Source: Fidelibacterota bacterium
GTDB taxonomy: Bacteria > Fidelibacterota > Marinisomatia > Marinisomatales > TCS55
Direction of reading: 5' to 3'
Assembly (NCBI GenBank): GCA_027251445.1
Contig: JAPNQO010000101.1
Location: forward strand, 1 to 47,066
Length of the DNA: 47,066 bases
In this document: piece after piece, positions 9,410-19,427 of the stretch
Position numbering within the stretch: position 1 is the stretch's first letter
How the letters are laid out: each line of letters starts with the position of its first letter
Notes under the pieces: model-generated
The model's input: only the letters and a program-made list of their open reading frames with translations
What the model was told of the DNA's origin: nothing
Databases searched by the model: none
Made by a program: the position numbers and the translations under genes

Positions 9410-9891
9410 TTTTTTTTATTACGATAATTTTTTCTCCAGTAAAATAATATTGCTATACCAATGATATTTGGAAACCAAATAAATGGATTGCTCCATGGAA
9501 TTCCATCAAAATAAAAGTCCGTTAAAGGATAAAAAAGTTTAGTAGGAAAATATTCTTTTGAATGAAACGGAAAATCTAATAAGATGTGAAATGGCCACCC
9601 TAACATGGCAAAAGCAATTTTCTTCTTGAAATAATAAACAACTGCTATTGTTGAAAATGCAGTCACATAACTATGGGAAATATCATACATTAAAAAAACC
9701 CAATTAGGCAGAGCATCTAAAGGCGGAGGTCCGCCTCCAAATTGAGGAATATTTCCACTAATAATATTTATAATAATTAACGCGCCAAAAGATACCAAGT
9801 CCGGCATAGCTCCGAAAAATAAAGCAATCCAAGGCATACCACGATAACCAAATAAACCTCTACCCCATAACGCATGACTTAATGTATCCAT
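9406..9891 (-). CDS. Membrane-bound metal-dependent hydrolase (YdjM/LexA-binding, DUF457-like)
   Basis: MDTLSHAL, GAMPD, SHS and HILLD motifs; several TM segments. Confidence 0.8.
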   Translation of the reverse strand: MDTLSHALWGRGLFGYRGMPWIALFFGAMPDLVSFGALIIINIISGNIPQFGGGPPPLDALPNWVFLMYDISHSYVTAFSTIAVVYYFKKKIAFAMLGWPFHILLDFPFHSKEYFPTKLFYPLTDFYFDGIPWSNPFIWFPNIIGIAILFYWRKNYRNKKN

Positions 9892-9988
9892 AATATAATT
9901 TGATTAATAAATAGAATTCTTCATAAAGAAGTATAGTTAAATTTACTAATGATGGGTGTAAAAAATAGTTTCAAAAATTGATAGATAC

Positions 9989-10873
9989 TTGATGAAAAAC
10001 ATAGGTTGTACTTCAATGGTCGATCCATTAGAAAGGGTAATTATGAAAAGCCCAATTACAGCATGGAAAGATATAAACAAAATTAAGAATAATTGGAAAG
10101 ATTTACATTTTTCTGCAGAGCCCATATATAATAAAGCTATATCACAGTTTGATCAACTCATGAATCTTATAGAGTCATTTGGCACTGAGATACTAATGTT
10201 ACCAAGTGATAACAAAACAAATCTTGACTCTATTTATACGCATGATCCTGGCATAACAACATCTACAGGAATTATAATAGGTAACATGGGGAAAGCAGAA
10301 AGAGAAAATGAGCCAAAAACATTAAAAAATTTCTTAATTCATAACAATATACCAGTTGTTGGAGAAATAAAATATCCAGGAATAATTGAAGGAGGAGATG
10401 TACTCTGGATTAATAAACGTACAATTGCCGTTGGAGAAGGATATAGAACTAATAAAGAGGGTATACAACAATTAAAAATAATTCTGGGTAATCAGATTGA
10501 TCAAATCATAACTGTTCCTCTCCCCCATTGGCGTGGTTCTGAAACCTGCCTACACTTAATGAGTAATGTCAGTCCAATTGATTATAATCTTTATCTAATA
10601 TATCCAAAACTTTTACCAGTGAGATTTATAGAGTATTTAAAAAATCAAAATATTAAACTAATCAATGTGCCTAATGAAGAATATGAATCAATGGCATGTA
10701 ATGTATTAGCTTTAGCTCCAAAAAAATGCATCATGATGTCAGGAAACCCTAAAACAAAAAAATTATTAGAATCAAACAATGTGGAAGTTTTCACCTATGA
10801 TGGGTCTGAAATTTCATTGAAAGGCGCTGGAGGTCCAACCTGTCTAACGAGGCCTATCTACCGCAGCAAATAA
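9989..10873 (+). CDS. Amidinotransferase / dimethylarginine dimethylaminohydrolase-like (pentein) enzyme
   Basis: DSIYTHDP, IEGGD, GYRTN, CLHLMS, CNVLAL and C-terminal GGPTCLTRP with the catalytic Cys. Confidence 0.88.
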   Translation: MMKNIGCTSMVDPLERVIMKSPITAWKDINKIKNNWKDLHFSAEPIYNKAISQFDQLMNLIESFGTEILMLPSDNKTNLDSIYTHDPGITTSTGIIIGNMGKAERENEPKTLKNFLIHNNIPVVGEIKYPGIIEGGDVLWINKRTIAVGEGYRTNKEGIQQLKIILGNQIDQIITVPLPHWRGSETCLHLMSNVSPIDYNLYLIYPKLLPVRFIEYLKNQNIKLINVPNEEYESMACNVLALAPKKCIMMSGNPKTKKLLESNNVEVFTYDGSEISLKGAGGPTCLTRPIYRSK

Positions 10874-10874
10874 A

Positions 10875-12107
10875 ATGTTTGATAAAAATACTTTTACAGC
10901 TAATACTCAATTAAAAATATCTCCTTTTTTTGATATCACATCAAAAATAAATGAATCCCAAGAATGGAAGAGATGGGGTGGTTATCTATCTGCAACAAAA
11001 TATGAATTGAATCATGAAAATGAATATTTTTCAATTAGAACAAAAGCGGGCTTGCTAGATATCTCTCCATTATATAAGTATATTATTGAAGGCCCTGATG
11101 CTCAATATTTTCTTAATAGGTTAGTTACTAGAAATATTAATTTATGTAAGCAGGATCAAGTTATGTATACACCATGGTGTGATGAAGATGGGAAACAAAT
11201 TGATGATGGCACTGTTCAAAGATTAGATAAAGAAAAATTTCGTCTTACAAGTGCAGAACCAAATCTTGAATGGCTTCATCATAATGGAAATAATTTAAAT
11301 ATTGAAATTAGTGATGAAACAGAATCTACTGCAGCATTAGCACTCCAAGGACCAAACTCATTAAAAATACTAAATAAGATTTCATCTAAATCATTAGATA
11401 GTTTAAAATTTTTTTGGTTAACTAAAACAAAGTTGGGTGATTTTCCAGTAACAATATCACGAACTGGATACACAGGCGATTTGGGATATGAAATATGGCT
11501 TAGCCCTGATCATGCATTGCAGATATGGAAATTATTATTAAATGCAGGAAAAGACTATGGTATCACCCCAACTGGATTAAACGCGTTAGATATTGCACGC
11601 GTAGAAGCCTCTCTTATACTACTGGATGTTGACTACATATCTTCGAGACACGCACTAGTGGATAATAGAAAATCATCACCTTATGAACTTGGATTGGGTT
11701 GGGCTGTAAAATTAAACGATCAAAATAACTTTATAGGAAAAAAAGCCTTAATGAAAGAATATTCAAATAAGGCAAAATGGAAGTTTGTAGGCATAGAAAT
11801 TGAATGGGACACATTTGAAAAACATTTTAGAACTATTGGCTTACCTCCTGCTCTACCAAGCACAGCCTGGCGTAACAGCACGCCAATTTATTTCGGTAAT
11901 ATACAGGTAGGTTATGCAACAAGCGGTTGTTGGTCTCCAATTTTAAAACGATACATTGCTTTGGCGCATCTTGAATCTGAATATGCAGAAATTGGAACAA
12001 AATTAAACTTTGAAATAAAAGTAGAGCATTATCGAAAACTTACTACAGCAAGAGTTGTGCAAACTCCATTTTTTAATCCAGAAAGAAAGCGTTCATGTCC
12101 CGCGTAG
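10875..12107 (+). CDS. Aminomethyltransferase-family (GcvT-like, tetrahydrofolate-binding) protein
   Basis: GLLDISP, GKQIDDG, LALQGP, SRTGYTGDLGYE, ARVEA, FIGKKAL, VGYATSG.WSP and PFFNP; no gcvH/gcvP nearby. Confidence 0.9.
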   Translation: MFDKNTFTANTQLKISPFFDITSKINESQEWKRWGGYLSATKYELNHENEYFSIRTKAGLLDISPLYKYIIEGPDAQYFLNRLVTRNINLCKQDQVMYTPWCDEDGKQIDDGTVQRLDKEKFRLTSAEPNLEWLHHNGNNLNIEISDETESTAALALQGPNSLKILNKISSKSLDSLKFFWLTKTKLGDFPVTISRTGYTGDLGYEIWLSPDHALQIWKLLLNAGKDYGITPTGLNALDIARVEASLILLDVDYISSRHALVDNRKSSPYELGLGWAVKLNDQNNFIGKKALMKEYSNKAKWKFVGIEIEWDTFEKHFRTIGLPPALPSTAWRNSTPIYFGNIQVGYATSGCWSPILKRYIALAHLESEYAEIGTKLNFEIKVEHYRKLTTARVVQTPFFNPERKRSCPA

Positions 12108-13675
12108 ATAATTATGATGCTATAATTATTGGGGGAGGACATAATGGCCTAACTGCTGCAGCCTATTTATCTAAGGCTGGTAAAAAGGTATTAGTTTTAG
12201 AACGCCGATACATTCTTGGCGGCGCAGCTGTAACAGAAGAAGTTTTCCCAGGTTTTAAATTTTCTGTTTGTTCCTATGTGGTTAGCTTGATGAAAGCAAA
12301 TGTTATAAGAGAGCTAATGCTTCCAAAATTCGGATTAGAACTTTTACCCTTAGAAAGCACATTTACACCTCTAGATAATAACTATCTATTACGTACATCT
12401 GATGCAGATGAGACATATAGAGAAATATATAGGCACTCTCCTAAAGATGCCGAATCTTATATGCGTTTCGGTCCATTAATGAGTCAAATAGGAATGGCTG
12501 TTAGACCAATTCTAGAAACAATTGCTCCAAATGCAATTCGGCCAAGTTTATCAGATTTAAATTCAATAAATAAATTAATTAAACATTTTAAAACGCTGGA
12601 CTCTGAGCAATTTGAATACCTTGCAAAACTTATGACGATGAGTTCTGCAGATTTTTTAGATGAGTGGTTTGAATGTGATTATCTTAAATCCACCATGTCA
12701 GCTAGCGGAATTATAGGAACCTTTATGGGACCTAGATCTCCTGGTTCTGCATATGTAATGTTACACCACTATATGGGTGATATTGATGGTGCTTTTCGAG
12801 CATGGGGATTCCAAAAAGGTGGTACAGGTGCGATAAGTATGGCTATTGCGAGATCAGCAGAACATTTTGGTGCAGATATTTTAACAGAAGCTCCAGTAAA
12901 AAAAGTAAAAGTTAAAAATGGAAAAGCTGTTGGAGTAGTTCTAAATAATGGAGATGAGTATAATGCTCACAAGATCATTTCTGGACTAGATCCTAAATTA
13001 TCTTTTTTACATTTACTGGATGAAAAAGATTTACCTTCTGACTTTATTACTTCCATTAAAAATTTTCGTATTCGTGGTTCTTCAGGTAAAGTGAACCTAG
13101 CCTTAAATGGATTACCAGACTTTACTTGTTTACCTGGAAAAGGGCATCATTTACATGGTGCAATATCAATAAGTCCAAGTATGGATTACTTGGAAAAGGC
13201 ATATGATGATGCTAAATATGGAAATTTTTCAGAATCTCCCTATATGGATATTATTATTCCTTCATTGTTAGATCCAGATATGGCACCACCTGGCAAACAT
13301 GTCATGTCTTGTTTTGTGCAATATGCACCGTACAACATCAATGGTGGATGGGATGATAATAAACGTGAAGCGTTTGGAGATGCTGTGATAAAGGCACTCG
13401 CTCGATTTGCACCAAATATTGAGGATATTATAATTCACAGGCAAGTTCTTACACCAGCTGATCTTGAAGAAACTTTTGGCCTTACAGAGGGAAATATTTT
13501 TCATGGAGAATTATCTTTACAACAGCTTTTTGTATTACGACCTGCGGCAAAATGGGCTAACTATAAAACACCTATTAGAAACTATTATCAATGCGGATCG
13601 GGAACACATCCTGGAGGAGGAATTACAGGTTCTCCAGGAGAAATGGCAGCAAAAAAGATTTTGAGTGACTGGTGA
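12095..13675 (+). CDS. FAD-dependent oxidoreductase, COG1233 phytoene-dehydrogenase-like / PYROXD2-like (subunit A)
   Basis: YDAIIIGGGHNGLTAAAYL, VLERR..LGGA..TEE.FPGF, GNIFHGEL and CGSGTHPGGG; 13-bp overlap with the upstream gene. Confidence 0.9.
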   Translation: MSRVDNYDAIIIGGGHNGLTAAAYLSKAGKKVLVLERRYILGGAAVTEEVFPGFKFSVCSYVVSLMKANVIRELMLPKFGLELLPLESTFTPLDNNYLLRTSDADETYREIYRHSPKDAESYMRFGPLMSQIGMAVRPILETIAPNAIRPSLSDLNSINKLIKHFKTLDSEQFEYLAKLMTMSSADFLDEWFECDYLKSTMSASGIIGTFMGPRSPGSAYVMLHHYMGDIDGAFRAWGFQKGGTGAISMAIARSAEHFGADILTEAPVKKVKVKNGKAVGVVLNNGDEYNAHKIISGLDPKLSFLHLLDEKDLPSDFITSIKNFRIRGSSGKVNLALNGLPDFTCLPGKGHHLHGAISISPSMDYLEKAYDDAKYGNFSESPYMDIIIPSLLDPDMAPPGKHVMSCFVQYAPYNINGGWDDNKREAFGDAVIKALARFAPNIEDIIIHRQVLTPADLEETFGLTEGNIFHGELSLQQLFVLRPAAKWANYKTPIRNYYQCGSGTHPGGGITGSPGEMAAKKILSDW

Positions 13676-15243
13676 TGAAAAATTATGATATAATCATTAT
13701 TGGTAGTGGAATACAAAGTCTTTCTGCGGCTTTGATCTTATCAAAGGCAGGCAAAAAAGTAATTGTTTTGGAAGGGAGAGATCAAATTGGAGGTCAAACA
13801 AGCAAATTTGAATTTGCACCTGGTTATCAATGTAATCTAATCCATGATGGAATAAAATGGTTTGATCCTAGAATACTTAAAGTATTAAAACTCCATAAAA
13901 ATAATTCAGCAATCTATTCTCCAGAAGTTTTAAATATTGCTTTAGACTCAAATAATAACCATTTAGAATTTTATAAAGATCTCCAAAAAACTAGTATGTC
14001 AATGTCAAAGCATTCTAAGGATGATGCTGAAGTATGGAAAGATTTTTCTATACATATCCATAATCAAACGAAAATATTAGAAGAGATTTATAGGATTACT
14101 CCAACGAATCTACCGAATACTAGTCTGAAAGATATTTGGTCATTAAAATCTATATTAAAACCTTTAAGTAAAACAGGTACTAAAGGAATAGTTGACTTTG
14201 CCAGAATCGTTCCAATGATGATGCCAGAATTAATGGATGAATGGTTTAATTCAGCATTTATTCGCGGTGCTTTATCTTCTGCTGGAATTTCTATGATTAA
14301 TCAAGGACCATTTTCTGCGGCAACTGGGTTAAATCTTTTACATCAGCACATCTATTCTTCTGGTGTGTTTTTCAATATAAAATTTTTAAACGGTGGGTTA
14401 GTAAATCTTGCTGAAAATATAGCTCAATCCTCAATATCAAATGGAGCAGTAATACAAACTGAATCATCCGTAAAATCAATTATTATTAAAAATGGAGTAT
14501 GTACTGGGGTTCGATTAGACAACGGTGATGAATTATTATCTAATAAAACCTTATCAGGATTAGATCCAACAAAAACATTTATTCATTTAATTGGAGCAAA
14601 TAATCTTGACCCTTCTATGTATAGGCAAATTAAAAATATTAAATACCGTGGGTGTGTTAGTAGAATACATTATGCCTTAAATACATTACCAAAAATAACA
14701 GGTGTTTCAACAAATAAGATGAATACGATATTTTCTATAAGTCCATCTATAGAATATCTTGAACGAGCATATGATGCATCTAAATATGGACAGATTTCTA
14801 AAAATCCATATATTACTTTTAATATTCCAACTATAAATGATTCAACTTTTGCTGGAGAAGGAAAGCATGTGTTATCTGCGACAATACAGTATACACCTTA
14901 TCATTTAAGAAATACTTTATGGACAGAAAAAATAAAGAATGATTTAATAGACAATGTTACAAATATAATTGAACAATATATTCCTAATTTTTCATCATGT
15001 ATCGAATCTTCAGTGTTATTTTCACCTATTGATTTAGAAGAGAAGCTTGGTATGACAGAAGGATCTATTAATCATGGAGAATTGACCTTAGATCAATTCT
15101 TCTTTATGCGACCAACTATTGCTTTATCACAATATGACACTCCTTTTAAAAATTTATTTCTTTGTGGATCTAGCACTCATCCAGGATGTGGACCTAACGG
15201 ATCTAGTGGATACAATGCAGCTATGGAGGTATTGAAAAATTGA
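13672..15243 (+). CDS. Second COG1233/PYROXD2-like oxidoreductase (subunit B, degenerate GxGxxG)
   Basis: YDIIIIGSGIQSL, SPSIEYLERAYDASKYG, GSINHGELTLDQ and CGSSTHPGCG; clear paralog of the preceding gene; start overlaps its TGA. Confidence 0.88.
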   Translation: MMKNYDIIIIGSGIQSLSAALILSKAGKKVIVLEGRDQIGGQTSKFEFAPGYQCNLIHDGIKWFDPRILKVLKLHKNNSAIYSPEVLNIALDSNNNHLEFYKDLQKTSMSMSKHSKDDAEVWKDFSIHIHNQTKILEEIYRITPTNLPNTSLKDIWSLKSILKPLSKTGTKGIVDFARIVPMMMPELMDEWFNSAFIRGALSSAGISMINQGPFSAATGLNLLHQHIYSSGVFFNIKFLNGGLVNLAENIAQSSISNGAVIQTESSVKSIIIKNGVCTGVRLDNGDELLSNKTLSGLDPTKTFIHLIGANNLDPSMYRQIKNIKYRGCVSRIHYALNTLPKITGVSTNKMNTIFSISPSIEYLERAYDASKYGQISKNPYITFNIPTINDSTFAGEGKHVLSATIQYTPYHLRNTLWTEKIKNDLIDNVTNIIEQYIPNFSSCIESSVLFSPIDLEEKLGMTEGSINHGELTLDQFFFMRPTIALSQYDTPFKNLFLCGSSTHPGCGPNGSSGYNAAMEVLKN

Positions 15244-16352
15244 CATTTCTTAAAACGTCTAAAACATTAAAAGCAGGATCAAAAACACTCCCCAGAAATT
15301 ATTATACTCAACCTGATATTCTTAGACAGGAGTTCATAAATATCTTTCAAAATAATTGGATCTGTATAGGAAGAAATTCTGATTTAACTGATAAAGGTCA
15401 ATATATCACAGTACAACTTGGAGATGAAAGTGCAATTGTATTAAAAGATAAAAAAGATGAAATAAAGGCATTTTTTAATGTGTGCCGTCATAGAGGTACA
15501 AGAATTTGTAATAACCAAGAAGGAAAATTTTCCAATACAATACAATGCCCTTATCATGGCTGGACGTATGATCTTAATGGAAAGCTAGTTGGTTCACCAC
15601 ATATGGAAAAGATTAATGATTTTAAAAAGATAGATTATCCATTATTCCCGATTCAAATAAAAGAATGGGAAGGGTTTATATTTCTGAATCTTAGTGATAA
15701 TCCTATAAGTTTTAATCAAGCATTTAAACCAATAGAAAGAAGGTTTCAATCGTGGGACTTACAAGATCTATCGGTTATAGATAAAAAAACATACCAAGTT
15801 AATTGTAATTGGAAATTAATTATTCAAAACTATTGTGAGTGCTATCATTGCCCTATGATTCATCCACAACTTGCAGAAATTCATAATTATCTAGGGGGAA
15901 GAAATGATTTTTTTAAGGGACCTTTTCTAGGAGGATATATGGATTTTAACTTAGATAAAGAAAGTATTACTTCGAGTGGGAAATATTGTTGTCCGCCATT
16001 AAAAAATATAAAAGGCAATGATTTGCGTCGAGTATATTATTATTCATTGTTTCCAAATATGCTATTAAGTCTACATCCTGAATATGTGATGTATCACACT
16101 GTATGGCCCAATGGTCCAGATAAATGTATAGTAAACTGTTCATGGCTTTTTTTGAAAGAAAGCGCTATTTCAAATAAAGATTCTATATATGAAGCAATAG
16201 ACTTTTGGGATAAAACTAATCAACAGGATTGGCAAATATGCGAGTATTCCCAGCTAGGAATAAACTCTACAAAATATTCCCCTGCCCCTTACTCTGGACA
16301 AGAAAGTTTATTAGCCGCATATGATAATTATTATATTTCTCAAATGGAATAA
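15240..16352 (+). CDS. Rieske non-heme iron oxygenase alpha subunit (GbcA/CntA/choline-monooxygenase-like group)
   Basis: NVCRHRG...CPYHGWTY Rieske ligands; NWKL..NYCECYHC..IH and QQDW mononuclear iron motif; TTG start overlaps the upstream TGA. Confidence 0.92.
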   Translation: MTFLKTSKTLKAGSKTLPRNYYTQPDILRQEFINIFQNNWICIGRNSDLTDKGQYITVQLGDESAIVLKDKKDEIKAFFNVCRHRGTRICNNQEGKFSNTIQCPYHGWTYDLNGKLVGSPHMEKINDFKKIDYPLFPIQIKEWEGFIFLNLSDNPISFNQAFKPIERRFQSWDLQDLSVIDKKTYQVNCNWKLIIQNYCECYHCPMIHPQLAEIHNYLGGRNDFFKGPFLGGYMDFNLDKESITSSGKYCCPPLKNIKGNDLRRVYYYSLFPNMLLSLHPEYVMYHTVWPNGPDKCIVNCSWLFLKESAISNKDSIYEAIDFWDKTNQQDWQICEYSQLGINSTKYSPAPYSGQESLLAAYDNYYISQME

Positions 16353-16360
16353 TGTTATTA

Positions 16361-16389
16361 TTGAGAGGAATTTATTTTTCTATTAAATT
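16361..16389 (+). promoter_or_regulatory. Putative sigma70-type promoter TTGAGA-N17-TAAATT
   Basis: Hexamers 17 nt apart, 39 bp before ATG 16429. Confidence 0.5.
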
Positions 16390-16428
16390 TTCAACCATAA
16401 TATAATCGGAAAAATACATGTTAGACCA

Positions 16429-19359
16429 ATGAACGCCACCAAAAGGTCAAAATCAATAAATCTCTGTGTGTATATATTTCTTTTTATTACAAATATACTA
16501 GCAGAACAAGATAGTATATCTATTCAGATTCCTATAGATAGTATTTCACATAATAAAGAAGAATTGTCTGCAGATATAATTGATAGCATTGACACATTAT
16601 TTATTGATAAAATAAATAGTAATCAGTCACCTCAAATTATAAATCCTATACCTCCTATTTTGATGTATGAGGATGAAAAATTGATTGTTAATCTTACTTC
16701 TTTTTATTCATATGTATCAGATCCAGATGACTCAATTGATAGTATTCAGTGGATATTTTCAGATGGAAATAATACTTCTACTAGTTTAATAAATGATCAA
16801 CTGTATTTACAACCTGCTGCTAATTGGCATGGTGTAGATTCAATCAAATTTATTATATCTGATTCATTATTATCGGATACTTCTGTGATTCCTATTCAAG
16901 TAAATCCTCAAAACGATCCTCCAAAATTCTTTTCTAGATTAGATACAATTATAATAAATGAAGATGACACAATTATACTCAATGTGGATAAGCTAGATTC
17001 AATTATTCATGATATTGATAATAATCTTAATGAATTGTCATGGAGTATAATTGAAAATTACCCTTTCAAACCAATTGTAGATAATAGGCAGATACTTATT
17101 AAAGTTGTGGATAATTGGTATGGAAATGGAATAGTAAAAATAATTGCGTCAGATAATGAATCATCAGATACATTAGATGTTAATATATATATCTACCCTG
17201 TTAATGATCCGCCATCTTTTATTAAGAAAATTCCATCTGCAAATATTAATGAAGATGAAATTTTGCAAATTGCTTTTATTGATTGGATAGAATTCATCTC
17301 TGATGTTGATAATTCAGACGAATCCTTAATCTGGAATGCTCAAGAAAGTTCTAATATTGAATTGACTCTTTATGAAAATTCATTGATTCTAAAAAGTAAA
17401 CCTAATTGGTATGGGGTTGATACAATCATGTTATCAATTACAGATGAACAATACTCTGATTCAATTGAATGGGTAATTAATGTAAACCCGGTGAATGATT
17501 CACCAAAATTTCTTAAAAATATATTTAGTTATGATTTTTACGAAGATAATTCACTCAAAATAAATAAGAAGAATATAATTTCAGAAATATATGATCCGGA
17601 TAATAATATTGATCAATTAGCATTAAAAATAAGTCTTTTAAACAATATAATTATCAATGAGGATGATCATAATTTTATTATAAGTGCAGGTGAAAATTGG
17701 TTTGGAAAAGATAGCCTTATTCTATCAGTGGATGATGGAGAATTGACAGATGATGCAATACTACTAATTGAAATTCTACCTGTAAATGATCCTCCAGAAT
17801 TCCTAACAGCTATACCAGATACTTCAATGTATGAAGATGGATTAATTTCCTTTAAAATTTTACAATGGATTACCCATATTTCTGACCCAGATAATGATGT
17901 ACAATCACTAGAATGGAAAGTTATCTCACCTGATTATATTGATATAAAATTCGAAAATGAGACTGTAAACATAAAATCGTTAAATAATTGGTATGGGAAT
18001 GAAACAATAGATATCATTGCTTCTGATAAAGAACTAAGTGATACAACAGAAATGATTATAAGCGTACTACCAGTAAATGATTTCCCAGCTATTAGTTATA
18101 TACCCCCTATTACTATTAATGAAGATGAGCATATAATATTGCAATTAGATCAATTTGTTCATGATAGGGATGATCATGATAGTGTATTAACATGGTCTGC
18201 AATAAAAAGTTATGAAAAAAATAATTATAATTCATTGTATACCAGTCTATATAAAAACTCAAGGCGATATTTATCTACATTCTTAAACCAAGATTATCTT
18301 CTACAAAATAAGTACGGTTTAACTAATGAAGATGTAATTAATTGGGTTAAAATTGATTCTAAAAATCAAATAGCACATGTTCAGCCTCCTGCTAATTATT
18401 TTGGTAAAGACATTCCTATCCTGTTGCAAGTAGAGGATCCGATGAATGCAAAAGATATTGAATTACTATCCATTACAATTGAGCCAATAAACGATGCACC
18501 AGTAATAAATAATATTCCAACACTATTCATTCAGGAAGATGAGCTTTTTCAAGATTCAATCAACATTTGGAATGATTATGTAGTAGATATTGATAACTTA
18601 TTTCAAACCTTAGATTGGGAATTAATTAATTTTAATAAATGGGTAAAATATGATCTAATTAATAACAAGATTATAATCGAGCCACAGAACGATTGGTTTG
18701 GAAATGATACAATAATTATAATTGTTTCAGATGGGGAATTATCTGATTCATCAAAAGCTATAATTAATGTAGCATCTGTAAATGATCCACCTGAACCATT
18801 TGAATTAATTGATAATGTAATTGAAGATTCAACAAAGTTTACATTTCAATGGTATCCTACATTTGATGTAGATAATGATACTGTCGAGTATCATTTTCAT
18901 TTAAAAGGAAGTAATATTGATACTGTTATCTACGGTATCATTGACAAATATAGTGTCACATTATCGATGAAAAATAAATTAAATACTGGTACACCTTATC
19001 TATGGTATGTCTCTGCTACAGATAGGATTGATACAGTTTTATGTGAAGAAAAGTTTACATTTTATGTCAAGACTATACCTAAGTCATTTGCTATACATCA
19101 AAACTATCCTAACCCTTTTAATAAAAATACTAAAATACCAATTGATATGTTGCATGGAGATGCGCTTCGAATTGTTATTTATGATATGCATGGTAAACAA
19201 ATTAAAACTTTATCTGATGAGTTTAAATCTGCAGGTAAATATGAACTTGAATGGGATGGAACAGACCGTTTTGGGAAACAAGTATCTACTGGAGTATATC
19301 TAACAATTATGCAAACAAGAAATTTTTCGCAAGCTAGAAAAATTATGTATATCAAATAA
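16429..19359 (+). CDS. Large secreted cadherin-like (tandem-95/Big_9) repeat protein with FlgD/T9SS type A-like C-terminal domain
   Basis: Seven ~95-aa units ending QNDPP, VNDPP, VNDSP, VNDPP, VNDFP, INDAP and VNDPP, with xED, D(P/I/V/R)D and N(W/Y)xG-type motifs; C-terminal QNYPNPFN...WDGTD..G.QVSTGVY...KIMYIK. Confidence 0.88.
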   Translation: MNATKRSKSINLCVYIFLFITNILAEQDSISIQIPIDSISHNKEELSADIIDSIDTLFIDKINSNQSPQIINPIPPILMYEDEKLIVNLTSFYSYVSDPDDSIDSIQWIFSDGNNTSTSLINDQLYLQPAANWHGVDSIKFIISDSLLSDTSVIPIQVNPQNDPPKFFSRLDTIIINEDDTIILNVDKLDSIIHDIDNNLNELSWSIIENYPFKPIVDNRQILIKVVDNWYGNGIVKIIASDNESSDTLDVNIYIYPVNDPPSFIKKIPSANINEDEILQIAFIDWIEFISDVDNSDESLIWNAQESSNIELTLYENSLILKSKPNWYGVDTIMLSITDEQYSDSIEWVINVNPVNDSPKFLKNIFSYDFYEDNSLKINKKNIISEIYDPDNNIDQLALKISLLNNIIINEDDHNFIISAGENWFGKDSLILSVDDGELTDDAILLIEILPVNDPPEFLTAIPDTSMYEDGLISFKILQWITHISDPDNDVQSLEWKVISPDYIDIKFENETVNIKSLNNWYGNETIDIIASDKELSDTTEMIISVLPVNDFPAISYIPPITINEDEHIILQLDQFVHDRDDHDSVLTWSAIKSYEKNNYNSLYTSLYKNSRRYLSTFLNQDYLLQNKYGLTNEDVINWVKIDSKNQIAHVQPPANYFGKDIPILLQVEDPMNAKDIELLSITIEPINDAPVINNIPTLFIQEDELFQDSINIWNDYVVDIDNLFQTLDWELINFNKWVKYDLINNKIIIEPQNDWFGNDTIIIIVSDGELSDSSKAIINVASVNDPPEPFELIDNVIEDSTKFTFQWYPTFDVDNDTVEYHFHLKGSNIDTVIYGIIDKYSVTLSMKNKLNTGTPYLWYVSATDRIDTVLCEEKFTFYVKTIPKSFAIHQNYPNPFNKNTKIPIDMLHGDALRIVIYDMHGKQIKTLSDEFKSAGKYELEWDGTDRFGKQVSTGVYLTIMQTRNFSQARKIMYIK

Positions 19360-19427
19360 TAAAGCATTTAATTAATATTATATTCTATTCGTACATTTTA
19401 ACACTGATAAACTAAGGAAGGGTCAAA

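Noticed and set aside
10875..12107. gcvT of the glycine cleavage system
   Set aside because: No gcvH/gcvP adjacent, longer than typical GcvT and embedded in a different operon; symbol withheld
12095..15243. Carotenoid biosynthesis (crtI-type phytoene desaturases)
   Set aside because: No crtB/crtE/crtY nearby; motifs and context (GcvT-like, Rieske, pentein) fit the non-carotenoid COG1233/PYROXD2-like group
15240..16352. Aromatic-ring dioxygenase for hydrocarbon degradation
   Set aside because: No beta subunit, dihydrodiol dehydrogenase or ring-cleavage genes; the ECYHC..IH motif fits the quaternary-amine oxygenase group
16600..18800. DNA tandem repeat or CRISPR-like array
   Set aside because: Periodicity exists only at protein level (diverged cadherin-like units); no identical nucleotide repeats with spacers seen anywhere in the window
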